Shown here: one piece after another, positions 12,208 through 26,741 of the stretch
Layout of the letters: every line of letters starts with the position of its first letter
Position numbering within the stretch: position 1 is the first letter of the stretch
NCBI GenBank assembly: GCA_017499595.2
Contig: CM039000.1
Location: forward strand, 2,232,001-2,296,000
Origin: Psilocybe cubensis
Lineage: Eukaryota
DNA length: 64,000 nucleotides
Direction: 5' to 3'
Notes under the pieces: generated by a model
Databases searched by the model: none
Told to the model about the DNA's origin: nothing
What the model saw: only the letters and a program-made list of their open reading frames with translations
Program-made: the position numbers and the translations under genes

Positions 12208-13818
12208 TTACCGGATACCAGCCGTAGCTTTTTGGAGAGCACGCTTGATGCCGAGCTGAGCTTTTCTCAGTTCGTCAGCAGTCGAATCCTCAATCTCGAG
12301 CTTCTCGAGAGCGCGGGCAAGCTCGGCCTCGACCTGGGCCTTAGCTCCACGCTTGAGCTTCATGCCAATTTCAGGAGAAGTGATGGTGCTCTCGACCTGG
12401 TGGACGTAGGCCTCAAGGTCAGACTTGGCTTCGTGACGAGCAGAGAACTCCTTGTCAGCAGCTTTGAATTGTTCAGCATCCTTGATCATCTGGTCAATCT
12501 CAGCATTGGAGAGACGACCAACGGAGTTGGTGATGCCTGAAATGTATTTAACATATGATCAGCACATGTATATAAGATAAAAACTTACTGATGGAGGCCT
12601 TGCGGCCGGAAGCACGGTCCATAGCAGAGACTTTAAGGAGACCATTGGCGTCAACCTCGAAGGTGGTGACGAGCTCGGCTTGGCCACGGGGCATGGGAGG
12701 AATACCAGTGAGCTCGAACTCTCCAAGGAGACGGTTGTCGCGGCACTGTGTGCGCTCGCCCTCATAACTAAAGTGATATTAGTTTAAGTGATCAATCGAA
12801 ATGTGTGAAACTTACACAGGGAAAGTGACAGTAGTCTGGTTGTCCTCGACGGTGGTGAAGGTACGGGACTTGTTGGTGGGAATGGGGGTGTTGCGGGGAA
12901 CAACAACACCGAAGACGTCACCTTGCATGGCAACACCGAGGGAGAGAGGAGCAACGTCGAGGAGGACAAGATCCTTGGTCTGATCGGAGGTCTGGCCAGT
13001 GAGGACAGCGGCCTGGACAGCGGCACCATAGGCAACAGCCTCATCGGGGTTGATGGACTTGTTCAGTTGTCGTCCACCGAAGTACTCGGACACAAGGGCT
13101 TGAATTTTGGGGATACGGGTGGATCCACCAACGAGAACGATGTCATCGACCTTCTCGCGAGGCATCTTAGCATCCTTCAAAACCTTCTCGACGGGGTCGA
13201 GAGTGGACTTGAACATGGCAGCGTTGATTTCCTCAAAGCGGGCACGAGTGATGTTGGCGGAGAAGTCCTCGCCCTACAAAGACAAATATGTTAAGATTAG
13301 AAAATAAAAAACCAAGTCAAGGCACAAACCTGGAAGAGAGAGTCAACTTCGATAGTAGTCTGAGTGACGCTGGACAAGGTCCTCTTGGCACGCTCGCAAG
13401 CACTGCGGAGACGACGAAGAGCACGAGCATCCTCAGTGATGTCGAGCTTGGTCTTCCTCTTGAACTCATTCTTGAAGTGCTCCAAGAGTGTGTTGTCAAA
13501 ATCCTCACCACCCAAATGGGTGTCTCCAGCGGTGGCCTTGACAGCAAAGATACCGCCGCTGATGTTCAAGAGAGAGACATCGAAAGTTCCTCCTCCAAGA
13601 TCGAAGATGAGAACGTTCTTCTCGGTCTTGGATTGACGGTCAAGACCGTAGGCAATGGCTGCAGCGGTGGGCTCATTAATGATACGGAGAACATCGAGAC
13701 CAGCGATGGCACCAGCGTCCTTGGTTGCGAGACGCTGGGAATCGTTGAAGTAGGCAGGGACACTTAATAAGAGAAGTAGATGTTAAGCACGGAAAAGAGG
13801 AATTTTTCACAAATATAC

Positions 13819-13851
<33 letters not shown>

Positions 13852-14499
13852 TCCGAGCTTGGCCTCTGAAATTTCCTTCATTTTCATGAGGACCATGGAG
13901 GAAATTTCTTGAGGGCTGAAGGTCTTGTCCTCATTGAGGTAGTTAACCTTGATGAGGGGGGAGCCCTCCTTTTCGACGACCTCAAAAGGCCAGTGCGACA
14001 TATCCTGGACAGTACAAGCATAATAAACATAGGTTCCGACATGCGCGCTCCAAACAAATACCCACCTTCTTGACATCAGGATCGCTAAAAAAGAAAGAAA
14101 GCTTCAGTAAAAAAAAAAAACAAAAAAGAATTACGGGATCGACCCACTCGAATCGGCGACCAATCAGGCGCTTAGCGTCGAAGACGGTGTTGCGGGGGTT
14201 CATGGCGGCCTGATTTTTGGCAGCATCACCAATGAGACGCTCCTCAGCAGAGAAGGCGACGTAAGAAGGTGTCGTTCGGTTACCCTCTGGATAGAGAAAA
14301 ATGTTGGGGAAGATATTGAGGTAAAAAAAGAATATACGAACGGTCATTGGCGATGATTTCGACACGGTCGTTTTGCCAGACACCAACACAACTGCGAGAA
14401 AAAATAAACACAGGGAAATGTGGGCGGTGATTGAGTAACGTACGAGTAGGTGGTACCGAGATCAATGCCAATGGCACCGTCAAACAAATCTTCGGCCAT
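12208..14499 (-). CDS. SSB1: Ribosome-associated Hsp70 (Ssb type)
   Basis: [49 protein letters not shown]-terminus [12 protein letters not shown] lacks EEVD, as in Ssb proteins. Confidence 0.93.
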
Positions 14500-14645
14500 T
14501 TTTTTTGTATAGAAAGAAGGGGGGAAGAGGTCGTGGGTGGTGGTCAAGATGAGAGTGAACGAGGGACGGAAAAAAAATCGATGGATGAGGTAAGCAAATG
14601 ATCTAGAATGTAGCACAGCCACAGCCATCCTCTTCCGACTTAACC

Positions 14646-15610
14646 ATGTCCCAGCCAGCACTCCGCCCATGGCTCGCTGCTGCCCGCTGTTCCTCTCGAA
14701 AATGCTCCCTGGGCGCGAATATCATCGCTAGACATCAGTCGACTCATCGGGAGGCGCTGCTAGAGACCCCTGAGGATTGGGCTAACTTCAGAAAAACTCG
14801 AGAGGAGCGAAAGCTACAGTGTTTGTGCTTCATGTTTTTCCCTGGTGTGGATAATACTTATCACATTTGACCTTAGTTAGCTTCTTTGAGCCGTATGGCT
14901 CAACTACAACCTCGACAAACACTTTTAAATACCGTGATGGTCTCGTCAAACCTCCAAGAGATGCTACAGTATCCGCGCTTTTGGCCGCTGGTGCCCATTT
15001 CGGACATGCTGCTTCGCGAATGAACCCCAATTTCGTGCCCTATGCATACGGAACGCGTGCAGGCATCACTATCATTGACCTAGATCACACTCTTCCGATG
15101 CTTCGACAAGCCGCCAGTCTTGTGCGAGCCATTGCACGCGCTGGTGGTTTGGTTGTCTTCATTGGCACGCGTCCCGACCTTCGCCCAATTGTGACTAAAG
15201 CTGCTGAAAGACTAGGGCGACAAGGATTTTACGTTGGAGAGCGTTGGCTTCCGGGCACTCTTTCAAACAGACGTCAATTCTTTGGTGACCACGTTGTAGA
15301 TAAGGAAAGGATGCTTCCCGACCTCGCCATCATCCTCAACCCTCTCCAAAATACCATCGCCATCAATGAATTTGCCGCCGAAAATATACCCACTATCGGA
15401 ATCATTGATACGAACGTGGACCCTCGGCTAGTCATGTACCCCATACCGGCCAATGACGAAAATACGAGGACAGCTGAACTTATTGGTGGAGTTCTGAGCA
15501 TTGCAGGCAGAGAGGGTGTAGCTTTGTTTGAACGGGACAATGTGGCGACGCTCAAACAGCAGGGTAAGAAGCAGCGGCAAAGAATTTCCTCTTCTATGTC
15601 CAACGAATGA
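14646..15610 (+). CDS. MRP4: Mitochondrial ribosomal protein uS2m
   Basis: Presequence-like N-terminus, one intron, S2 motifs LLAAGAHFGH, IIDLDHT, RWLPGTLSN, IPTIGIIDTN and YPIPAND. Confidence 0.9.
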
Positions 15611-15660
15611 GATAGTAATTAATACATGTTTTGATACATTAACCAGCCATTATCATTAAT

Positions 15661-17492
15661 CTATACATTCCGAGGGTTTGCCTTCTTCGTGCCCTGGTTT
15701 TGCTGTACCTTATACCAATATTCTGCAAAATAACTTTTATTAGGCTGACTATAAAAGAAGAATTTACAACCAACTCACCCTCGGCCTCTTCGAGAGCTCG
15801 AACATTGCCCCCCAGTTTGTTAATTGTTTCGATATATTCGTCCTCTTCGACGCTATCAAACACGATGCCTCCACCCGCTTGAAGATACGCAATGCCGTCC
15901 TTGAAAGTCATGGTTCGGATGGCTATACAAGTATCCATCTCGTCTTCGGCAAAATCAAACCGACCGACAGCACCAGCGTATACTCCTCGTCGTTCCTGCT
16001 CAAGAGATGATATGATTTCAATGGCCTTGATCTTGGGGGCACCAGAAACAGTTCCGGCAGGGAATATCGATCGGAAAGCATCAAACCTACAGAATCAGTG
16101 AGCAATCTGCCAAAACGCGTCGATGAAGACCGAACCTTGTTAGGCCGTCTCTTAAAGTTCCGGAAACTTGAGACGTCAGATGGATGACATGACTGAATTT
16201 CTCGACTTTCATTAGATGATCAACCTTCACCGTCTTCGGTTGGCATACACGATTGACATCGTTTCTTGCCAAATCGACGAGCATAATGTGTTCAGCTCTA
16301 TCTTTTTCAGACGCGAGAAGGACGGCACCAAGCTTCTCATCCTCTTTACATCATGATTAACGTCTTCGAAAATAATTATCATTGCAAAAAAAATACTAAC
16401 CTTCAGGAGTTTTCCCTCGTTTGATGGTACCAGCAATGGCATGGTTGTAGACGACATTCTTCTCTACTTTACAGAGTGTTTCAGGACTTGCACCAACAAT
16501 TTGAAGATCTCCGCAATCCAGGTAAAACATGTACGGCGAGGGGTTGATTTGACGAAGATGACGGTAGGCGTTAAAAGGATGCAGTGAAGTTGGTCTGCTG
16601 AGTCTTTGAGAGGGTACAGCCTGAATGATGTCTCCAGCGACGATATGTTTCTTCAAAGACGTAACAAATCCTTCGTAGCCATCTTTTCCGACGTTGGACA
16701 CCCCCTCATTCCCCAAGGTTATGGGAGGTTGTGGAGGCTCAGGAGTAGCGGTTGACAAAAGAAGTTTGGCCAACCTGCGCGCCTTCGACACAGCAGTTTG
16801 GTATGTAAAGGCAAGATTTCCTGTTCCAAATGATTTCGGAATGAAGACGTGTGACACAACCTTCAAGGTCTGGAAGATGTGATCGTAAATGAGAAGAGTA
16901 TCGACAAGCATGAAGACAGCCTCTGGAATCCCAAGAACATCTTTGAGCTCGGTTTTTGTCTTTGGTTCGAAATGTTGGATGCAGTCGTACGACACATATC
17001 CGATGGCGCCACCAGTAAAGGTTGGTACTTCAGGGATTTTAACATATTGATGAAGTGCTAGCTCCCTCTGGAGCGCAGTCATAGGATCGCCCGTAATTTC
17101 CTCTCCAGGGCCAGTTTTGATGACCTTCAGAGGATCTGCCAGAAGAAAGTTGAGATGTAAGTATAATGCCTTTGTAAGGTCCGTGATTCGATTCAAATGT
17201 TGTGAACGTACCAGCTCCGATGAAACTGTATCTGGCGACATTCTCTCCTCCAATAACCGATTCCAAAAGAAAACTGTACTTAGAATCCTTCGCGATGCGC
17301 AAGTAGGCCATACATGGTGTAATCAAGTCGGCTGGAAGTTCCACGTAAACCGGGACACAGTTGCCTCGTTTTTCGTTGAAGATTAAGTTCTCGACAGTAG
17401 CAAGAGTAGGTAGCGCGGGTAATGTCTACCGAAAGAAACATTAGTAACAGTGAGGAGATACCTTATAGAAGTGCACATACCAATGGATCCAT
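15661..17492 (-). CDS. TRP2: Anthranilate synthase component I (TrpE)
   Basis: MDPL/TLP..., [63 protein letters not shown] and [13 protein letters not shown] at 15663-15661. Confidence 0.96.
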
Positions 17493-17807
17493 AGATGTAA
17501 ATTCGAGAGTTGGGTTAGTATGAAGTTAGAAATTGTACAATAGAACGATTATATAGCAAGCTGAGAAAATGGAAGGGTACAGAAAGGGTGGACTAGATTA
17601 TCGGCCGCGGGTTGCTATTTTTGCAACATATCGGACGCGGGAATTTAGCGAAGCGCGACCATGTCTCTCCAACTTGCAACATAACTGAAAATTCACCCTC
17701 CTAGACCGCGACCACATATTCTAAGATATCTATCTTCAAAACTATTATAATTCTCCTCGTCTCATTAATTTTTCACTCCTTGCACCAATAATTCTCTTAC
17801 ATCTGTT

Positions 17808-19486
17808 ATGATTACTCCTCGTTTTAGTTGCGGCCAAACGGACGAAGCGGTTATTGTTTCGTTATACTGCCCATCTATCCGTGTACGTTATATTCATGTA
17901 TCGCCATCGAGTTTCCGGCTTATTGTCGAACGAAGTAGGCAGCAGATGTCGAAATAAACGTCGACGAGACTCTAGTCACTATTCATGTTAATCCATATTT
18001 TCTGCGACTCAATTTTTCTAAGCCTGTGCTGGAAGATGATAGTTCATCGGCTCAGTACGACCCAAGTACTGGAAACCTTACCGTCACCTTGACGAAAGAA
18101 AATAAAGGAGAGCATTTCGACGACCTTGATCTCCTCGCAAAATTGCTGGCCCCGAGAAAGACTGTCTCGGAACCACCTTCGATTGAAGTAATCTCGTCTG
18201 AAAGCCTTTCAGAAGACGAACTGACGTCCAAAACCGAGTCCCTTTCGATCGAAAATGATGAATTCATAAAAGGTTGGTTCCACCAATATGTACATGATAA
18301 AACTCTGACCCTGCGCTCGTGAACTTTCCAGCCTCCGAGAATGATTGGCAATTACCCCAAGAGATCCCATCCCCGTTGCCACCTTTGAACACATCCGCGC
18401 AAGTTCGCTATGGATTCTTAAGTATACATTCAGGCTATCTGAAGTATGCGAGCCACACCGAAAATGAGGTCAATGAACTTGGTGATGACGCTGAAATATG
18501 TACCAAAGCCGAACGCCGTGTTAAGAGAGTGAAGCATGAGGACGATAAGTGGGATGAAGAGCACTACATGTAAGTACCTCATTCCAATGACATACCACGT
18601 ATTCAATCACAGATTTTTGCAATAGGGCAGACTTCGTCGACGATGAATACATTCAAGAATTGATCCACTGGCCACATCCCTATATCACCTCCCATGATCC
18701 AATTGTGTACACGGAAAAAGAAAACTTGGCGATGTTGCGCTTGCCTCGGAAAGAATGTGAATTGTCGCCTAAAATATTCCACTTACTTTTTTGAAACTAA
18801 TCTATTCATGGTATACAGATCTTGCGACGGAAAATCAGACTCACGACTTGTACTTGACCCTTGTCACATTGCTCTTCTCTTATGCTTATGATTCAAGGAC
18901 TTCGCAGCTTGACCCTACCCCAGAAAGCGCATGGACAATTTGCAGCTTGACACCTGCATTTACGGCCTTGGACCCGCCGCATTCTTTCCGCTACAAGGGA
19001 GGCCCTCATGTTTTCCCGGCCGATGAATTGGAGGAAGTACTCGTACCGTCTTACCGGCGCTCCCTGGCTTTCCCCTTGTATCGCTCTTTTGCATTGGCCG
19101 AAAGATGTCGGCAAGATGTGGCTAGTTTTTTAGCCAAAGGAAAAAGAATGGTCATTAGATGTCTTTTGGAGATGAAAGACATACTGGACCATCATGAGGT
19201 ATATTACATATATAGCAAAATCTGGCTAGACGATTTCTGTGTATGGATCCAAGCCGATGCGAGGTATGTAACTCAAACATTGGAATTTTGTAAACCGCTA
19301 CCGACGCTTCACATTACCAACAGCGACGAAACTTTAGACCTCTTGGGGAAAGCCTTAATGGAGGTTAAAGTCAGAAAAGTTGCCATTGGATGGGGCCTTC
19401 CAGATTTTGAGCAAGCAGCGAAAGAGGCACTTCAAGGAGAGAGAGAAAGTGACAGTGATGATCAGACCACGGATTCTGACGCATGA
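17808..19486 (+). CDS. SHQ1: H/ACA snoRNP assembly factor Shq1
   Basis: MITPRFSCGQ N-terminus, CS domain with PYFLRLNF, YGF motif, WDEEHYMAD, RRSLAFPLYR, C-terminal RESDSDD. Confidence 0.92.
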
Positions 19487-22400
19487 TTCATTTTGACTTG
19501 ATATTCTCTTGCTAACACACCCTCTTTTGCGATCAAAGCCTCATCCGACACGCCTTTCTTGTGGAGAGGGTATCCGCGTGGCTTTTCTATCGTCTTTATA
19601 ATGATATATCGACAGTTGTTCCACTCTGTTTCTCCGTGATGACGCTTTGGACGGACGTGTTTAGTGCAAGACGGTCCTCGGAAAAGAGTACACTGTTTCG
19701 AGGTTGATAAATTCCGAAGATCACGAACGTAGTTTCGGCGAGAGTCGATCGAGTAGAACATTCGGCTGAGCAACACAGGGATTTTCTCCATTAAATTGCC
19801 AAGCAAGATGACCAACATGCCTTTCGAGAAATATAAAAAAATTGAGTTGAGTCGTTCAAGGTATCTGGCATGATATGTTTGCAGATCCGTATCCGTGAAC
19901 CACGAAAGCAACATATTGCATACTCGTGGGCATGCTCAATCAATATTTTCATGACTCGAATCTCAACCTGTAAACAAGACTATGAGTATCTCAACGATAT
20001 AGTAAATGTCTATTATATTCTAAGATATTTTACACCATTGACAAGCACCAGGTCTACCCCTGAAGGGCTCAATCGGAAGCCATTGTCAATTTGGGTACTG
20101 GAAACTGGGTATGTTGTGTGTGCATAACGGATGGTTTAAACTTTAGCTGACGAGAGAAATGTAATTTTTAATTAATGCAGATTTACAACTACAAGCGCTA
20201 GTTGTTGGGTGCCGATAGTAGCCATCACAATCATGAATTACAAAAGTTCAAAGTGTCGCCAGCCTATTGCCAGTACTTGAGAATAAGATTGAAAGCCATT
20301 GAAGTGGCGTATCTAGTTATCGATCAAATCGTAACTTGTGATTCCACAGAAAGCCAAAACCACATATTACCGTCGGTAAATTGCTTGATTCTCGTCTTTG
20401 CGGATGAAGGACCGAAACCACATAGTAATGGTATGGGTTGTGACAACTTGAAGCGTCGCGGAATGCGATAAATGGTAGATACTAGAAACCCCCCCAAGTT
20501 GATATTGACGGAGAAGCAAGGTAAATAAGAAAGACTCCATGTTTCTATAGTGATGAAGGAAGATTATTCATTTCCTTGGGGAGGGAAACGCCACACAAAA
20601 TATGTTTATGTTATCTCGGCTCCGGTTAGCGGCGCCGGCGTCACACGGATGTGACTCCGCATTCTATCCATTTTAGGGTCTTTTCTTGATCGCCCTCCGT
20701 TTTTGTCTTTCTTCCATTCAAGGAAGTTGCTTGAAGGGGTATTATCGTCTTTTATCGTTCTCAGCATGAGGCTTCCCATCCAACTTCTGCGAAACTCGCG
20801 AACTCAAACCTAAAATACCAGTCTGCACCCGTACGCTTCTCGACTATGCATAAACAACTCTACCTTGATCTTCTGACATTGTCAAGTCGGGTTTGAACAT
20901 TCAAGTTCCCCTATCCTTCAATTCATCGACTTTGTATTGTTTTCTCCACCTACTCCTTTTTCGACGACGCATTTCATATTTGATATGGATTGCAGATGAC
21001 TACAGATAGTTGGCCGGGTCGAGGCTGAGATATCTCGAGATCTGTCTTTCTGTACCACCACATGGGCATATTCCCGATCCGCTTGTCTATGACATCGATT
21101 GGTACGTTTTCTGCCCGATATGAGATCTCCAGATCTCTCATCCCTATATACTATTTTCTTCCTGTGAGTGCAGTATTATCTGCTTTACACGCTTCTATGA
21201 AAGTCTTTTACGTTTCGGAAAGCTATTGGCTAAGTTTCCGTATGTCATTCGGAAAAGACTAACGTGACACCGTTTCAGCTCTCGACAGCTTTGGCTGAAT
21301 GGAATATGTCATTATACAATGGCAGGCGCTTCTGCCGCAACACTCCAGCTCTATCGTGGCCAATGCAGGAATGGTCGGTTATATTCGTCACATCCAATTA
21401 AAGTTGATGGAATATACGAATCATTCAGCTGTAACTGGCCTCAAGTCTGTAGTGACGCACAAAACTGGTTAGTAGAGCAAAGACAGCAATATTTATCGAC
21501 GGTCAGCGATCTGTCTCCTTTCTTATCCACTCGACTCTGAGGCCGAGCTTCTATTTCTTCCCAGATATATCTTTTTTTCATGCTTTCGGTTCTCCGTTCT
21601 CCCAACGCACAATGCGAGATCAGTGGCTGAGAATCTGAGTCAAACTCTAATGCAACAGAATGAACTACGTTCTGTATTCATCTAATGAATTGTGCACGGC
21701 AAGCGGATAAACATTCCGTGATATTCCAGGCGATGTCAGAAAGTTCGCAAAGATACTTGCAAGACCACACTGGACGATTGTCAACACACATCTTACAGCT
21801 GTTAGCTGTCCATTGCTTATTTTTACTCCTCCATCATGTGCGTGGGATATCCCCGACTAAAACCTCCTTTTCTTTGCTCAGTGTTTTGACTCTTAATCGG
21901 AACAGTGTCAGACGCATGTGAACGCGAAGAAACAGCGATATGGGTTCTTCTTCTCTTTCTCCGCAGTCGTGTATGAATTCGTGATCATGAGAAGAGGGTC
22001 ATTGTATATATCCACTCTTGCCTCCATGATAATGAATAGCTAAGAACATCTTTCAGGATGTAATTCGTGGCATGCTATGTCCATACAAACGATTTCATTC
22101 ATTCAAGGAAGTGCAGCGGTGTCTTTCCTATTTTCACGACCCGCCGCTTTTCATCGAGAATATAACCGCATGTCGTCCAATAGGCACTCTGGACAAGTCA
22201 TCGATCCGGAGATATTACTTTGGGATAGTCGGATCCGACCCAAGCTGTGGCGCACAGGACATCAACACACTGCACAGATAGTAGTTGTGATTCGACACCC
22301 GACGTCAAGGGAAATGTGGACTTTCCGTCTGGCTGTCTGTGGATCCACGCGCACAACCTGCGCACAATAGATGTTATACCTTTCCACTCGCTCTCATCAA

Positions 22401-24437
22401 GCCTCCGCGTTATGGCTCCCCTCGACAAGACCTATTAAAAGACATAAAGTCAATAACATTATTCAAAACGCATTCCCATGCATTCACTTCGATCAATCAT
22501 GATGAAGACCCACGGTGTCATGAATCCAGACCGATGCTCACCGCTTAATTATCACTAAATGGAAGACGCGCGCAACAAAACTGTCACGTCCGGGAATAGC
22601 GGCAAAGGAATAAGAGACATGAAAAATACGCAGAGTTTCCAGCCTGTATTGCAATAAAGCCAGTCAAAAATATGCGGCAATTTTCAACGTCTCCAATTCT
22701 ATGGCTTGGTGCAGAATTTGGCAGTTTTGAATGCAATGTCGTCATGTAGGAAAGAACCAAATTGCGTAGACCATGCAGTTTATGGTTAGTCGATTTAAAC
22801 AAGCGCCCGTATCCGCGAGTCTACAGTGAGTTATTCATTGAGGCATTTATAATTAACTATTAAGATATATACTTTCGAATACGATTTACTTGCTGGTCAT
22901 TAACGACCAAACGCTGAACTTACGAATTTATAAAATGGCCGTCATCATCTTCTGCTTTGAAAGGGGCGGTACTGGCCGAAGAGGTTGTTCATCATGAAGC
23001 ATCGTCAGCATTGTTAGAATCTCTTTGATTGCTTAGCCGTACGAACGTGAGACCTGATAACTCGAACACTGCAGCTTCGCAGTTAGAAAGTAGACGTTGA
23101 ATGATCCAAGTTCATCAACGTTTGGAGGTATAACACCAAATCCTACATCTGTAACGACATCTAATCCGCTATATCCTTCCCACTTTCACCAGCACGCAAA
23201 AATACAAGAATGATCTTCGCGAACCCCTGTATACTGGGATTCGCGCAGATTGGGTTCCATGTGGGCGATGTAATTGCAATGCAGCAAGGTTGGAAATTGA
23301 AAGGTTCTTCGATCCACCCCTTGTAACACGTCAAATTGGTGTTCATTAGCGAGCTCGGAGCGGAGCTTCATCACAAAAAAATAGTCTCATTTTCAATTTG
23401 AAAGGTAATGCATAATGGACCACTTAAACTTTCAAAGTGGCACTGTCGGACTGCTTTCCTCGGAGGTTGTCATCTGGGGACTTTCATTTCGTTTGAAAAC
23501 ACTAGACGAAATTTGTATTTACAACAGCTATTACAAAAAATACAAGAGCTAGAGGAGGAGACTCCAGGTGATCAGCTCGCAGGACCATCGGCATTCTCGG
23601 GGTAGCTATTTGATCGACGACACTTTGCATTCTGGAATCCAGACGAGGTTTTGCATACCACCATCAGTACAATTGATATATATTGGTACCCCGGTATTAT
23701 GAGAGTGCCATCTCTTCCGACTGGGAAGCTCATCATCGGATCGCCTTGCATGTTATTAATACCGATTGGTAAGGCTGACTGGGGTGCATTTCACAGCATT
23801 CTGAGGGTGCATGCAAGTTGTGAACCCCCCACAAGCTTATGTACTCTTCACCCAAACTGTGGACTCGCCACGGACCGTGATATTCGGCTGGCCAGTGAAG
23901 ATGATCAGATGCGTTACAACAAACACCCCCAGTCCCCTCAACCGAGGTAAATTAAAATTTCCCTTAATCTTTGTTCTATCTATACTACTTGCCGCCGTGA
24001 TACACATGGCGCAGCGGTGCCACACAAAAATCCTTGGGAATGACGTCCACAAGCCATTATTACTTCTCATTATCCGTTGGCTCCCAAAATTAAAAACCAA
24101 GAAAAACCAGCATTTTGCGGACCTTGTGTCAAGGCTTCCAAGAAAAAAAAATAAACAAGATTTACGATCATCGCTGCTGCGCGGTAAAATTGCATAATGT
24201 CGTCAGAGTCTGATGTATCATGCTAGTTGGATTGCGAATGAGCACACTCTAAGCCCTTGTACTTAGGACTTGTCTACGCTGATCTATACCAAGGATTGAA
24301 ATATATCTTAAAAAGATATCAGTCATCAGAAAGAAGAGAGACGGACAAAATATACACAGCAAAACAAAAAGAGTACACCCTTTATGATATATCATCACAT
24401 CCATAAACACAATAGGACATTAAACAATAAATCAATT

Positions 24438-26537
24438 CTAATCCGAGTGCGTTGTCGACGTCTTTGTGACATGTACCCCTTGTGCAAGGGCATGTTGACC
24501 TGGGGGCACGACATCGAAGCCACTCTGGCCTAGGTCTGCGGGAAGTGCCGCCGTCTCGTCAAGCGGACCTGTCAAGAGACCTTCCCGTTCCTCCTCGTCC
24601 GACACTCGTGAGAGTGCAGGCTCATGGCGAGGAACAGGCAAGTACGGAGGTGGTGCAACGAGGTCGTTGAACAGGAACTAATGTGCAACAAATCCCATGA
24701 GTTAGAGATAATTGGTAAAACTCTATTTAGATGGGGAAAGAGTTCGCATACCGTGCCATAACTGTTGTGTTTGCACGCGCAGCCAGTCGGTAAGAAGAAG
24801 ATCAATGGGAGAAGAACAAGTCAGTGATTATTCCTTGACAGAAGAGGGTGGGCGCCCCCGCGCCACCGAAGTGTGAAAGGAAAGCTTACACAAGAAGAGA
24901 GAATCCGAGAACTTGGAGCAGAGAAGTCGGAAAGACGAGCTTCTCCCAGCCAAGACCAAGACTGATGATCCAAATAACAAGAGTTCTGCATGTGTCGGTA
25001 AGTGACCGTGCCGTGGCGCTGACATGCCGAGTAACGCTCAGTCCGAAGAAGTTGAAAAGAGATATACTGAGACAAATGGCAAGCCCAGAGTATAGAACTG
25101 TTGGTGTGTAGATCATTTGATACCAGCCGCGGGGAAGGTCAAAGAAGGGAGATATTGCAGATATGGATGGGATGGCCATAATGGGAACAAACATGAGAAC
25201 GGAGATGGTACCAAAGAGACCCTCAAAACCGACGGCGACAAGGGGGGACACGGAATATCGGCCTGCAAAAAAATTAAGCCAACGAAGGTGACCTGATAGG
25301 ACGTAATGGAACTAACTCATGATCTTTTCTGCATATGCAAGTGTATCAGCGTGCGAGACATTTGGAGATGAAAAGTGATGAGAAACGAACCTTCGACAAC
25401 AAACTGAGTGGCAGTGCTAGAGTTTACGTGCGATATATCAGTATGAACATCAACCGAAGAAGAATCGGACATGTGTCAGAGATGAAAAGATGTACACTTA
25501 CAATACCTGCGCAAACAAAACGAAGAATATACCTAGAGGAAAAAAAGGGGAGAGATGTGATGGAGAAAGTGAGTTTGGAATCAAACAAAATCGGTCATTT
25601 AAACTGACCGACAAGGACGCTGGTGACTTGAGGATCCTCGATTGCTTTGGTATGGGGATCGTGGTAGAGATTGAGAGCACGAGCGAGATTATGAACAATA
25701 GACTCTTTGACGGCATCCTTGATGAGTGAACCGCTCCAACCTACCAAGCCAACGCCGGCCATGACGATAATGAGGGATACCCATCTAAAGATTGATAAAA
25801 GTAAGTGAGTGGAGGTGGTGGTATATAATTAACAAAATAAAGCTCCATACTGATAGAGCCAAAGGCGGCGTCGGAGAAACATGACACTAAACACACCAAC
25901 AAACAAGACGAGAGCGCCCCGGGTCATCTGGTAAATGGAGACGGGGGTGTAGAGGAGACCGACATTCATCAACTGGAGATGTAGATGAGGATAAACGGAT
26001 TATGACAAGTAAATCGGGAGGAGACATACGGTTGTGCCAGTGAGATCACAAGCTGCCGGTATCCAAAGGAGGAGGACCTTCCAGCCTTGGAGAGGCTGGG
26101 AAGCGAGCTTATTGAGAGGATCATGATCGGAATCGTCCTCGAGTTGGACGGAAGATTGCCGCCTAGTATTTAACCACGTGTATATAACGGGCAAAAAACC
26201 TAAGCACATGGTTAGACAAGAGAAGTAGAAGGAGATTGTGACTGACATAGCATTTCTCCGACTAGTTCGGTAGATGAGGGTTAAACAAGGAACAAAAGGG
26301 GAGGAGAAGGACGAACTGAACATCTGCAGCGTCTGCCAGACTGGCTGCTCGTAGAGGACATGGTTGGCGGGATTTGGATCAGAACAGTTCTCGACACACT
26401 GCATGTCCTGATACTTGGACCATATAGAATTGCTGGAGCCCTGGAAAGGGTGAGATAAAGGAGAGAACAAGGAGAGATAAGGGTACCGTGAGGAGCATGC
26501 CAACGAGGAGAAAGGGCACATAGAGAGAGGAAGGCAT
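24438..26537 (-). CDS. SLC35F6-like drug/metabolite (nucleotide-sugar) transporter
   Basis: Spliced MPSSLYVPFLLVGMLLT/GSSNSIWSKYQD...QPVWQTLQMF...PAACDLTGTTLMNVGL...SIYQMTRG...QFVVEEKIM...GFEGLFG...FNFFGLSVTRHVSATARS...DTCRT; multiple TM segments. Confidence 0.85.
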
Positions 26538-26741
26538 GGTGGAGGTAGGGAAGAGAGGGGAAAGAGGGGTGGCGTGACGTGACGAATATAATAATAAAAT
26601 ATATAAAATAATAGGAGAGATATTCCCAGGAAGAAGAGGTCCCCGGATGTAAAGAAGCTAGCGTCGACAGATCTTGCTTCTGACGTCCAAGGGTTTTTAT
26701 TCAGATGGCCAACCCATCCGGCTCTCTTTCCTCTCCCCACA

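Noticed and set aside
12232-13767. Long + strand ORFs opposite the Hsp70 gene
   Set aside because: Well-known antisense shadow ORFs of codon-biased Hsp70 genes.
15661-17492. TrpE as a marker of an indole-alkaloid (e.g. psilocybin) cluster
   Set aside because: The neighbours are housekeeping genes; there is no decarboxylase, kinase or P450 nearby, and the methyltransferase is ~28 kb away and of a different type.
19462-19914. 150-aa minus-strand ORF overlapping the end of SHQ1
   Set aside because: No recognisable motif and a non-ATG start; probably spurious.
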